A stretch of DNA of 64,000 nt, taken from contig MU053334.1 of assembly GCA_013239625.1 (NCBI GenBank), positions 569,190-633,189 of the forward strand. Direction: 5' to 3'. The stretch is from Lama guanicoe (lineage: Eukaryota). The translations under genes and the position numbers were made by a program. Every line of letters begins with the position of its first letter. Within the stretch, counting starts at the first letter, position 1. Of this stretch, positions 38,824-50,540 are shown piece by piece. The notes under the pieces are model-generated. The model was given only the letters and a program-made list of their open reading frames with translations. It was not told the DNA's origin and did no database searches.

Positions 38824-39132
38824 CTCCTATCAGTCCTGGTCACGGGCTGTGTCTGTGCCCTGGTGACCTGGGCTCAGAAACAGCCCAGGGGGCTGATGCT
38901 CCCCAGCCTCATTCTGCCACCTGGAGTTCAGAGAACATGGTCCACCGTGGCTCTGGTGCACGGGGGTCCTGGCTGCTGCTTCTCAGACCCTGCGCACCCC
39001 CGGGAAGTCTGCATCCCGGCGTGGGACACCTGCCTCCAGTCTCCATCCAGGAAGCAGCGCGGTGATGCTTCACACTGAGGATTTCTTACTTTTCAACCCA
39101 ATGCAAACTCCATCCGGCAGGCAACTCTGGGG

Positions 39133-39258
39133 TTTTGGGAGGGAGGGTAATTAGGTTTATTTATTCATTTAGTTTTTTTAAGGGAGGGCCTGAGGCTTGA
39201 GCCCAGGACCTCACGCACGCTAAGCACATGCTCTACCACTGAGCTGTCCCCTCCCCCC
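39133..39258 (-). mobile_element. Vic-1-like SINE
   Basis: ggtaattaggtttatttatt...ccaggacctcacgcacgctaagcacatgctctaccactgagct. Confidence 0.88.
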
Positions 39259-39798
39259 AGTGCAGGCTGCTCGGGTGGGGCAGGGTCCAGGGAGGGAGTG
39301 ACACCCTGCTGCCCCCAGAGCCAGGACCTCCCGGGGTCAAGTGGCACAGCGCGTCCTCCGCTCACCCCGTGTCAGAGGTGTCTCCTTGTGCCTCTCCAGT
39401 GTCCCAGCGCTTGAATCTTCTTCGTGGAAATAGAAGACCCACTCATCCCAGGAACAAGGCGAGTGGCCCAAACACCCCGCCTTCAGGGCCACTCGGCCGC
39501 ATGCTTTACGCAGAGGACTGAGTCCCTGGGAAAGGTCGTTCCCACCTAGGCAACCGCGGGCTGCGATGTCACAGGAAGAGCGCGGGGAGAGTCCGGGCTG
39601 CAGGTCAGTCGGCCGTCCTTCCGGTACTTGGCGGCAGGGTTCTAGTCCCCCCACCCCCCCTAGCCGGGCTGGCTTCCCTCCCCTCCGCCCCCTCCCCTCC
39701 CCCTTGCCCCTTACATTTAGGGTGTACAGTTCAGTGGCTCTCAGTGTGTTCGCAGAGCTGTGTACCCATCACTACAAGTGATTTTTGAGCACCCCCTC

Positions 39799-40283
39799 TG
39801 AGACAGGGAGGGGGCAGGACACAGCCACTAAAGGCACGACACCGCCTTTGAGAAAAGCAGGATGGCATGAAAACTGTTTAGAACCAACTCGGCCCAAGAT
39901 GGAGGAAGATTGGGCCCCCAGGAGACCTCGGGCCTCGTCACACGCTCACTGTGGTACATCAGTGGCTCAGTGGCCCTCCCACAGGCGCTGTGACGGTTCT
40001 GAGGCCGACCTGAAGGCCGAAAAGTGGGCAGTGGCCCAATTCCAGGAACCCCCCGCCCCTTCCCCGAGGCGGTGGGAATACACCCCCAGGAGACCCCACG
40101 CGCCGGGCAGCCCTCCCTTCTGAGACCGGCTGCATTCTGTCTACACAATGTGCGTCTGTCTCTGACACCCTTGCTTTCACTTTACTTAGAGCCGAGGACC
40201 CTCACTTGGCAGAGGGAGCATCCCGGTGCCCCGCCTGAGACCTGGGGCCTGACCATCCTCCGCCGCCGCGCTTTCCTGCAGCG
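39799..40283 (+). mobile_element. Solo ERV1 LTR, family A copy 3
   Basis: tgagacagggagggggcagg...ttcctgcagcg; imperfect TSD cctc/cctt. Confidence 0.85.
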
Positions 40284-40817
40284 CCTTCCCCCATAAGAAG
40301 CCCCGCGTCTTTGGTAGTCATGCCTCATCCTCCCCGCCCCCAGCCCCCGGCAGCCACGATCTACTTTAGGTCCTACAGGTCTGCCTGTTATGGACATTCT
40401 ATAGACATGAAACCACACAGCATGTGACCTCTTGCCTCCAGATTATTCTGCGCGGCCCCGTGTCCCCGGGTTCACCCACGTGGTAGCCTGTGTCAGAGCT
40501 CCTCCTTTTTAAGGATGAGTCATCTGCGCTGTACCTGTGGGCCACATCCTGCTTATCCATCCATCTTGCAGGGACACAGCTTGTTTCCGTCTCTTGGCTG
40601 CCGTGAACACAGGTGTGCACGTACCTCCTTGCGGCCCTGCCTCCACGGCTGCTTTGTTCCTTTTCATGGCCGAATAGCATTCCACTGGGCGGATGTAGCG
40701 TTGTTTCTCTACCCGTCGGCCACCGGGCATTTGGGCTGTTTTCACTCACTGCTGCTATGGAACGGCTGCTGTGAACAGTCTAGGGTCTCATGTGCCCGAG
40801 TTTTCATTTCTCTTGGG

Positions 40818-41537
40818 GGTTCCGACGTGGCTTTTTCCTCCACACCCCCAAGTAATTCTCTGACACCAACTGGGTGTCCCATGAGCGCAACTCAGCTCTG
40901 ATGCTCTCCGCTGGAGTTAGCGTCAGACCCCCAGGGAAGGGGCTCAGCCCCGTGAGACTCTCCCCCTTGCTCCCCAACCTGTTCTTCTGACTGACTGTCC
41001 GTAGACTGGAGGTTCCTAAGACCCCCTCTTTAGGTTTGATTAACTTGCTAGAGTGGCTCACAGAGCTCAGGAACATTTTACTTACCAGATCCCTGGGTTA
41101 TTATAAAAGGGTATAACTCAGACGGAAGGGGTGCACGGGGCAAGTGCAGGGAAAGGGCTGGGAGAGCTCACGCGCCTCCCACAGCCTCCGTGCCACAGCC
41201 CTGCCCTTCTGAGTGTCTTGGAGGCTTCAGGACGCAATTGATTGAATCACTGGTCACTGGTGATTGAACTGAATCCCCCGCCCCATCTCCTCCCTGGAGG
41301 TCTGGGGGAAGGGAGAGTTCCCACCCTCTAACCACAGGGCTGGCCCCCCTGCTGGACAGCCCCGTCCTTGGTGGGGCCCCAAAGTTGCCTCATTAGCATT
41401 GCAAAAGGAACCTTTATCATTCTCAACAGGGAGGACATTCCAAGGGCTTTTGCAGCTCTGTGTCAGGAACAGGAGCAAAGACCAGAGAAATGGAGACAAA
41501 GGAATAAATATTCCTCGTTACGAATCACAGTGTCGCA
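40818..41537 (-). mobile_element. MER21-like LTR
   Basis: caccaactgggtgtcc...ggagttagcgtcagacccc...ggtttgattaacttgctagagtggctcacag...aatcacagtgtcgca. Confidence 0.8.
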
Positions 41538-42324
41538 GGTGTGTACTTCGGAGGGGAATTGCTGGGTCACGTGGTGTGAAAGGAAACTCAAAATAGAGTC
41601 ACTGTTGCTGGGGGAGCCAGGAGGCGGGGTAGGAGGTGTGACTTAGCCACGGCTCAGCCTGATGGAAGCTGGCTTCCGCCCTGACGAAGGCCTCCAGAAC
41701 GCCTGCCGGAAGCTCAAGGTGCTTATCGGACCCCTGCCCTAAAGTAACTCACGGCAGCCTACCCGTTCATCAGACCCCGACCCGAGGACCACTGTGCTCA
41801 GTTCCTGAGGGACGAATAACTTGCTGGCTCACATCAGAGTCACTCAGATATGTATGTCTGGTTGGGTGTTGCCTCTTTGGCTGTTGCCAAAATTAACTTG
41901 TAAAAGAGCTCGATCTAATTGGCTTAAACAAAATCAAGCACTTACATACATTTTTTAGAAATACAATAGAAAGTAACCCAAATGAATTTCGGGTTCATGG
42001 GATCTTGGAAATTTTAGTATTAAATTAATATTTGGTTTTAAATCTAGAGTTTGTTGATTCAATTGACACAGACACCTCTTTAGTGTCGACAACATTACGT
42101 GTAATACCTTTACGGCGCCTGGGTTTACTAGGAGTGGAGTAAGTTCAAGTTATCGCTGTTACTAAATTTGTCAGCAAGAAAAATAGTTTGGTGCGATGAC
42201 ATTTTCAAGTAAATTAAATGTAAATGAGATCAGAGTTTTAGGCAAACTCTTCAACAATAATTGTGTTTTATGACACTTACAGATAGCTTCCCCAACCCTC
42301 GCTGGTCACGTGACGCCTGAGAGT

Positions 42325-42833
42325 TGTCGGGGTTCAGCGCACCGGTGTGCGGGCGGTAAAGCAATTTACCAAAGACAAAGGACGAAGGTAGGAAAGGGTT
42401 CGTTAGCTGCGCTGCCGGGTGGCAGCGGGGCACAGACAGTGGGGTCTGTGTGCCCTGGGGTCCGTGTGCCTCGGGGGTCTGTCGCTGAGGTCCTTCACAG
42501 GAGGGGGACCTTTTACTGCTGTGCTGATGTGACATCGGGCACAAGGGGTCGGGGGTGTGAGGCCGGCCGGTGCACATGTCTCTGACTGGCTGGGGTGGAG
42601 GTAACAGGGAAGGGAGTGGGGGGTGGGGTGAGAGGGTGGGGCTCCCGGACTCGGGCAGAGGCTGTGACCGGCAGGCTCCCGGCCGCTGCCTAGAGCTGAC
42701 CATCCTGTAGGTGGTGCGTTCAGCTGAGGCAGGTGCTGCTAGGAAAGGAACATTCTTTGTTATCTTTAACGGGCAGCAGCCTGACACCTGGGGGCCAAGG
42801 AGCAGGAATCTGCCAGGTGTCTGTGGACCCACA
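42325..42833 (-). mobile_element. GC-rich LTR-like insertion inside the provirus
   Basis: tgtcgggg...cccaca block flanked by agt(t)/agtt; AT-rich ERV internal sequence resumes on both sides. Confidence 0.6.
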
Positions 42834-43877
42834 AGTTTTGTTACATTAAGTTACTTGGTGGAAATTTGTTAAATCTCTGGATCAGAGGCGTTGAAACTTC
42901 AGTCACTGAGCACAGGCTTCCGTTCACAGAACTAGGGGTATTTGGGACAATCAGTAAATGTGTTTGGCGCCGTGCTGAGGAATTAACTGTGAGAAAGTGC
43001 ACGTTTCTAAAAATTAAAAAAATTTTTAACTTTTCCAATCTAGAGTCCAGTCTCCAATTGGAATCTTCCAATTCCAATACTAAGGTAAACTCCCTTGTCA
43101 ACTGCGTTGTCATCAGCTCTTTGCTCGTGCCGTTTTAAGTCTTTAGTCATTTGTATACAGAGTTTTGCTCAGCTGCTTTACAAATACGCTGCATCTTCAG
43201 AGAGAGTCATGGGAAGGGCTCTGACATTTCCTCCAGAACACAGGCTTCTGATGAGCTTTCAGATCGTACCTTCGAACTGGGAAGAATCACAGGACTGTAA
43301 CGCAGAAAGGGACAGCTTTGTGAAACTACTCACAAAAGATCAAGACTCAGTTCCACGGCACTGAACGAGCCGATGAGGAGGACTGTAACTTTTGCAGCTT
43401 TCTGTTTTAATCACTGCAGGCTCTTTGTGTTCTGCTTTCCCAGAGTTAAGAAAGTCTTTCCTCTCAGGCTGCTCTGACTTGCAGCAGTCTGATCCAGTAA
43501 ACCTTTGCAAACAAAGATGAAACAGTTAGCTTTTCTCTGCACCTGGTCCCCCCAGGATTTGGAGACTCTTCGTTGAGTATTCTTATTTTCACAGCAATAT
43601 AGCTATTTGCATATGTTCAATAAGAATTGGTTCTCCTTATAACGGGACTCAATTGGAAATTCTGGTTCTATTACCAAGGCTTTGACTGGAATGCCATTTT
43701 TGAGAAGGAAATCCGTAGAAGCAGAAATGAGCAAACAGCTTGAAGGAACTAAGATTAACTTCCTGGCGCCAACCACGCCCCTCGGGAAAGCAGCCTGAGG
43801 CCTTGTTTACCAGGTTGAGTAAGGAAGCTCACATCCTGGCGGGTGCAGGGACCTCAAGGTACTTGGGCACCCGGAGA

Positions 43878-44428
43878 AGACAGGAAAATGGGGTGTGGAG
43901 AGGATTGTGTCCCAGGTCTTGGCCGAGTACCTGGGACGTGCCCCGCCAAGTGAGGGTCCTTGGCTTCATGCAGGAAAGAATTCAAACATGAGCCGCAGCT
44001 GAGCAAAGGTAAATTTATTCAGAGAGAGACATACTCCGTAGACAGAGCGCGGGCCGTCCTGTTCAGAAGGGACCGCCGTGGCCTCAGAGCATGGGGCCGG
44101 CTGGGCACCACGAGGCCAGCCCTGAGGTGCGGGGCTGTGGGTTTCCTGGGCTGTGACGTCACATGCTGACAAGCTGGAGGGTTACTCCAGCTGCTTTGGG
44201 GACGGGCCTGGGAGTCCCAGGAACTGGGCCATCACCCACTTCTTGACTTTTTACAGTCAGCCTGAGAACTGTCATGCCCTGTGGGAGGGCCGTTTAGCAT
44301 CCTGTTGTATTGCAGTGAGCGCACACTGGGCTCCACGTCCGCTGGGAGGTGAGTCTTCCGCCACCTTGGTGCTAATGGCTGTGCCATTCTTTCAATGGTT
44401 GTGCCCTTCTCCCTTCCCTCCTGTCTCA
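43878..44428 (-). mobile_element. Solo ERV1 LTR, family A copy 4, nested in the provirus
   Basis: Reverse complement of copies 1-3 (ggtccttggcttcatgcaggaaagaattcaa...ccctcctgtctca). Confidence 0.88.
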
Positions 44429-45528
44429 ATTTAACAAAAACTGTAGGAATTGCAGGCAAAATCTTACAGCAAGTCCTTGCTAGACTTTCCCGGCCTTGAG
44501 AGGCCTTTTAAAGTTCAATCTGAGATTCTTTACGAAAAGTTCCAGCAAAGCCAATATAAAGGACCATAAAAATACAATCAACTGCTATTCTTATTACACT
44601 TCTGTAAATAGTCAGGCTGGGTTTATTGAAGCCAGGCTTATTTTGCAAACAGATTAGCCTTACTTTGGCTATCTGTGAGGGTGAGGGTGTTCTCAGAGAG
44701 AAAAGTTCCTTCGTGGATCAGGTTCTGGTGCTCCTTGGCTGTCTCCGGGGCTTTCGTATTTACCTGTCAACTGGGCTGGATCCTGACTTCTTCTGGTTTC
44801 CTCCACTCTCCATACTGGCATTTTCAGTTTTCCTCCCACCCTCTTGACTTGGAATCATTAAGGGACATAAAAATGTCCCTTTCCCAAAGCCAGGCAAGCT
44901 GAAATTGGACAACTCGATACAAACTTCAGAGAAAGCACCGTAAGAGCTCGTGCAGAGACAATCCTTGCACCTGTTGCTTTATGTGAGCCACTCAGAGGGT
45001 TTACCTAACCCCCTAATGACATCACCAGAGACGGTTCAAACTGCAAAAGGTGCCTCGACCCCAACACTGAGGAGCCTTCAGCTGGCTCCCCTCTGGACTG
45101 GGTGCCTTACTGTGGCCCGGAGCACCGCTCGTTACACTAGTCACTGTCCTACTGTGTTCTCTCTTTGTTGTTTTCCAAGTGTTTATGTTTGTGTCTCTTA
45201 CTGCCGTTCTGTGCTGCTGAGGGCTTGATGCCTGGTGATGACCGAGCAGTTCTGTAAGATTCCTCCTGAAGATGCATGAACTTCTACGGGGAACGGCATC
45301 TAAGACTCACTCCCTAGACAGCTCCTTGCTGCTCAGATGTGGCCGTAAACTCTCTAAAAGCGCACTTCTCACATAGCCACCTCTCCTCTGTGGCACGTGA
45401 CTGCCTGGGAATGAGTCTTCCCAGCACCGATGTCGAACAACCAAGTGGTTGATCATCAACGCTTTCTAAAGAAAGGCCTTGATCAAAAGGGGGAAATGTG
45501 AAAGGAAAATCAAGGCAGGGTCAGTAGT

Positions 45529-45675
45529 GGGGGAGGATACAGTGGCAGAGCACATGCTTAGCATGCACAAGGTCCTGGGTTCAATCCCTAGTACTGCCAC
45601 TAAAAACATCTAATAATAAATAAATAAATAGACCTCATGACCTCCCCTCCAAAAAAGAAAAAAAAAGAAAAAAAG
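45529..45675 (+). mobile_element. Vic-1-like SINE inside the proviral 3' LTR
   Basis: gcagagcacatgcttagcatgcacaaggtcctgggttcaatccc with A-rich tail; flanking gtcagta repeated on both sides. Confidence 0.88.
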
Positions 45676-47079
45676 AGTCAGTATTGCTAAGAGAGTCTCT
45701 GAAATGGAGCCAGGGGTCTGCTGAGAAAGTGTGACTGATGCACATCTGAGGCTGGAAGGAATCTGACCTTTCGACCTGATGAAGTCATCCAGAATATCCA
45801 TCAAAAACTCAAGATACTTACCAGACCCCTGCCCTAAAATAAGTCATGATTCCTTAAGGACAAATATTGCCTGACTCATCAGCGTCAATCACAGTTCTCG
45901 CCAGACAACTTTAGAACCTTGTGGCTTTTGTCTTTATAAGCCCCTGACTCTTTCTCTTCCTTGGAACACTCTTTAAGTATCACTTGAATCTGTGTCTCCT
46001 GAATTCCAATTCTTAAGACCCTAAATAAACTCTGTTTTCTTATTTGCAGCCTCCTGCTTAAAAAAAATAAAAAAAATTTTTTTAACTGACAACGGTAACT
46101 CTGTGTAACATTTTGAGCAACTTCCACACTTGTTTCCAAAGCGGCTGCACCATTTTTTCCCAGCAGCAGTGTAGGAGGGCTCTCATTTCTCCACATCCTC
46201 ACCAACACTTGTGTTCTATTTTTAAAAAATTGTAGCTGTTCCTGTGGGCACAGAGCAGTGTCACATGGTAGTCTGATTTGCATTTCCCTGGTGACTAATG
46301 ACGCTGGGCACCTTTCCCGGTGCCTCTTGGTCGTCGATGCGTCTTCCTCGGAGAAATGTGTGGTCAGGTCCTTTGCTGTTTCTAGGCTGGGCTAGTTGTC
46401 CTCCTTTGCTGCGTTAAGGCTCTCTGTGTGTCTTCCCTTTACGAGTCCTAGACACAAGCCCTTTATCAGGGAAACGGTGGGCAGATGTTGTCTCCAGCTC
46501 AGTGGGCTGTCTTTGCCCCTTTTGATGGCGCCCTTTGAAGCACAAAAGAAAGGTAACCTTGACGTTTGCAGCCCCGTTTATGTAGTTTTTCTTTTGTTGC
46601 TTGTGCTTTTGGAGTCTTATCTAAGAAACCCTCACTTAACCCAGCGTTTACAGGGACTTACTACCACGTTTCCTGTAAGAGTTTTATAGTTACAGCTGCT
46701 ATGTCAAGGTCTTTGATCTACTCTGAGCTCATTTTTCTGTGTGGTGTGAGGTACCTGTCCCTTTTAGTGACACTGCATTCCATTCCTATCTGTCCTCAGG
46801 AATGAGTGCTGATTCCTCTGACTACAAGTCCCTCTCCACCACCTGCTGCCTGAAAACTCCTATATATCCATCAAAACCCTGCCCCATGTCACCTCCGGTG
46901 TCAAGGCTCTTCCCATGTTCCTGGGTAGCTTTACCTGCTCCCTGGTATGCGGGCTCACAGCCAGCCCTGTGCTGAATGAAGCTGGTCATCTCTGAGTCAC
47001 ACCCTCTGGCGCATAGGAGGTGAGGCTGAAGGAGTGATTGTCATACGGTCAACACATACAGCCACACTCAGCCTGGCTC

Positions 47080-47205
47080 TGTGGCGGGGACTTTGCAATC
47101 CCCTCCACTCTTCACAGGAGCCACACGATGCGCCCCATGAACAAATGGGGAGACCGAGGCTCAGGAAAGGTGAGCACCTTTGCCAAGGTCACACACGCAG
47201 TGGGC
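47080..47205 (-). mobile_element. MIR remnant
   Basis: acaaatggggagaccgaggctcaggaaaggtgagcacctttgccaaggtcacac. Confidence 0.7.
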
Positions 47206-47589
47206 GGATGGATGGTGAGTTTGTGGAAAGATGCATTCTGCATGGTGAGACTGAACTGGAGCCCAAACCCTCTCTTCCAGCCCCAGTACCATCATCTACG
47301 TGCCTCAAGAAACATAACAAATCAAATACTCAGGGCAGGAGATGTCAACGGATAAATGAAACAGCAGTGCTGGGGAGCGACCCATGGGCTGTCAAGAGAA
47401 TCTGCGAACACGGGCATTCCTATAAATAGTAGCTCTCCCAAAGCATCAGGTGTTCATTTTCCAAGCATTAAGCAATTCAGAGACATCAGGCAGGGGACGT
47501 TCCAATCGACACAGTGTCTGGAAACAAAACTCTGCTGTGACTAAGCAGGCCTTGGTTTTTAACACATGTTCTAGTACATCTTGCAGATG

Positions 47590-48520
47590 GCGCCCAACCT
47601 TCTGGCCCGTTTTCTCCGGGTGGTCCCTGCCTGGCTGTACGCGGACAGGTCGGCCAGCGGGGGGCTCGCCGCGTGGGCGCCGCCTCCCTGCCACCTGCCC
47701 CGCTCCCCGCGCCCCCAGCTTCAGCCCTGCCGGCCTGGCCGCCCGGCCCCACGGCAGCCCCTCGGACGTCCACTCCAGACAGAGTTCAGAAAGCCGAGCC
47801 CCCTTCCCGGACTCCGCAGCCTCCGCGGGGAGGCGCGCGGCCAGCCGGCGCCGAGCGAGCGGCCTCCCGACACGCCCGCCCGCCCGGAGCGCTGGGTTCC
47901 CGGGGGGCGGAAGGCGTCCAGGGCAGCCTTCGTAATCTCGCGGCGGGGTAGGCCACCGCCACGGCGCGGGCCCCGGGCGCAGACGCCCTGCCTCCGCAGC
48001 GCTTGGCGGCGCCCCGCTCTTCTGTGCGCTGAGGGCCGGCGCACCCACGCGGGGCGCGGGGTGTCCGCCCCCCACCCCCCGGCTCCGAGCCCGGGGCGGC
48101 GGGCGGCTTGAGAGGGGCCGCGGGGAGGACTCGCAGCGCGGCCCGGCAAAGGCTCCACCAGCCGAGCTGACTGGTTGGCCTCCAGCAGGGGTGGAGGAAA
48201 AGCGCATGATGCGAATCAAAGGAAGCGTGTGCGTGTGTAGCCCTCACACTGAGCAAATACTCTTTCAGAAAGTTCCTTCCTCCCGCGGAAGACAGCCCCA
48301 CGGAGGCGGGCCAGGTGGGGAACAAGCGTCCCGCCCCACGACGGGGGATCCAGCCCCACTGGACAGGGCTGTGCTGCCTGCAGGCTCCGAGTCTGGGGGT
48401 TCTCTAGGACCTTCTGTCTCGCGCTCAGCAAGCCAGCTCCTCAGCAGGGCCTCAGGTGCCGGCCCAGATCTCCAGGACCAGCGGGGGGACCGTCGCTGAC
48501 GACTAGGACAACGGGGACGG
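47590..48520. promoter_or_regulatory. Intergenic (orphan) CpG island 1
   Basis: Dense CpG, no recognisable repeat, no recognisable coding exon. Confidence 0.8.
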
Positions 48521-49114
48521 TGATGGGCACGGTGCGGATGGTCACGCAGAACCTGAGCTGGTCTGTGAGCCTGGCGGCTCGGGGTGCGCTGCTCCGTGCT
48601 TTAGTGGAAGAAGCCTCCCTGGGTCACTCTGACCCCATGCCTGTCTGTCCCGGTTTTGGCGTCTGTCTGACTCCCCTGAGCTGGGAGCCCTGTGTTCCTG
48701 GGGCCCCGCCCTCTACAGCTGTCCTTCCCTGTTCCGCCGCGGGAAGGTTTTCTGTCGTCCCCGGTGACGGGCTCCCCTCCCTCCCAAGCACAGATTCTAT
48801 ACCGTGTCATCTGCATTTAAGAAAAGTCATTGGAAGGAGTGGACTCCAGGGAAGAGACTCCAAAATCCTGCCTCCTTTGTTCCCGGGTCCCCGCTGCCCC
48901 CTGGTGGCTCCCTTGGAGGCAGCGCTGGAACTGGTGGCCCTGAGTTTGCAGCCACCTGGCAGGGAGGTGGGGTGGCCACAGGATGACACAGGAGTGGAGG
49001 AGGGGCCGACATACTCCAGTTCAGCTTATCAGCGTCCCTGTCCCCGACCACAGCCTCCTCCCATTGTCCCAGCTCTGGGAGCCTGCAGCCGCCCCTCCCA
49101 GTGTCCGCCTCCCT

Positions 49115-49235
49115 CCCTCTCCTCTGTGTCTCTGTCTCTGTGTCTCTCTCTGTGCGTCTCTGTGTGTGTCTCTCTCTCCCTGGCTCTGTCTCTGTGCCCC
49201 TCTCTGTGTGTCTCTGTGTGTCTCTGTCTCTGTGC
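49115..49235. repeat. (TC/TG)-rich simple repeat
   Basis: tctctgtgtc-type array. Confidence 0.9.
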
Positions 49236-50350
49236 CCCTCCCCTCCGGGCTCTCTGTCCACGGCCCCTCCTCACCTGCCGTGCTTCACCTTCCTGTAGCT
49301 CTCATGTTCGGTGCCGGCGTGTCCCTTCTCCTGTGGTCGCCTGCGGCCGCAGGCTCCAGCCCATCTCCTGCACAGGTGCTGGTCCTCTGTTCGCTCTGGC
49401 CCCCCTGAGACCCCCTCCCTCGGTCCCTGGCCCATCCTCAGGGCGTGTCCCCGGCTGATGACTGCCCACATGGCCTGCCCCCAGCACTGAGTCTCCCTCC
49501 GCGGCCCCTGGACAGGCCATCTGGAAAGCAGGCTGCTGCCAGTGGCTCAGCCACCAGCAGGACATTGTTTCCTCTTCTGAGCATCTGTGGGAGCTCAGGC
49601 CGCACCCTGAGAGGACAGAGCGTCTCCCTGCGGACTCTGTGCTGCTCCCCCAGTGCAGCCTCTGGTGCCCCAGCGTTTACGCCCTGGGGGTTGCCGGGGG
49701 TCCCCTGCTCTCAGTGTCAGGGACGCAGGGAGCAGGAGGGTCCGAGCCCACAATGGTGGGGCTGATGTGACAGTGTGTGTGCACGTGTGTGAGTGTGCAC
49801 ACGGACCTGTGTGTACGTGCTGTGGTGTGTCCTTGTGCCTATGATGTGAGGCGTATCTGTGTGCACGTGTGTGTGGGAGTGGCAGGCTGGCGTGTGCACA
49901 CGTGGGTGCACATACATGTCAGTGTGAGCTTTATGTGGACGTGTCAAACCCAGCATGAGAGCGGCGTCTCCTCTTGCTCCAGGGAGAGCAGAGGTGAGGC
50001 CGACCACACCGACAGGGGATGCACAAGGGAACCCCAAACCATGAAAGGTGACCCCAAGTGTCACCACCGTTGTCATCACCACACTCGTACCCTCCCAGCA
50101 ACGTCAGTGGTAAAGCGTCCTCCCGGACAGGCTGCGCTCTGACCCGCAGCAGGAGACAGGCAGGTGTTGACAGAAAATGTCTCGCATCACGTATGCTAAG
50201 GTTTTAAAGGTGGCCACCAGGAGAATGGGAGTGGGCTACAGAACTTCCAAACCATGGAGACAAAGCGCGGAGCAAAGAAACCGAGTCAGTACAATGAAAG
50301 GCTGGGGAGGTGCCGGCAACGGTAAAAACCACGGTAAATAGGCAATACGC

Positions 50351-50540
50351 TGGTGCAGCCACTGTGGAAAACAGCATGGAGATCCCTCAGAAAACTACAA
50401 ATAGCTCACCATACGCTCCAGCAAGCCCACTCCTCGGCACGTATCCCGAGGGAACTCTAATTCGAAAGGACACCTGCCCCCCCGGGTTCACAGCAGCACC
50501 ATCACGACAGCTAAGGCGTGGAAACAGCCCAAATATCCCG
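50351..50540 (+). mobile_element. L1 ORF2 C-terminal fragment
   Basis: GAATVENSMEIPQK...PYAPASPLLGTYPEGTLIRKDTC. Confidence 0.85.

Larger units (their letters stand above)
41575..46091 (+). mobile_element. Degenerate ERV1 provirus (MER4-group-like internal region, no intact ORFs)
   Basis: Two LTR starts tgtgaaaggaaa at 41575 and 45497; polypurine tract aaaagggggaaa 45485-45496; 3' LTR ends tgaca at 46091; degraded TSD gtgg/acgg. Confidence 0.85.
39715..46760 (-). mobile_element. Host L1 (L1MB/MC-like 3' region) split by multiple LTR/ERV insertions
   Basis: L1 sequence resumes colinearly across each insertion (…tttctcttggg | ggtgtgtacttcggaggggaattgctgggtcac | taactctgtgtaacattttgag…). Confidence 0.85.

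Noticed and set aside
41575..46091. Possible coding-competent endogenous retrovirus or captured env
   Set aside because: No gag, pol or env motifs in any ORF; the internal region is deleted and interrupted by nested insertions.
48520..49458. 312-aa ORF next to CpG island 1
   Set aside because: Runs through a (TC/TG) simple repeat and shows no homology signal.
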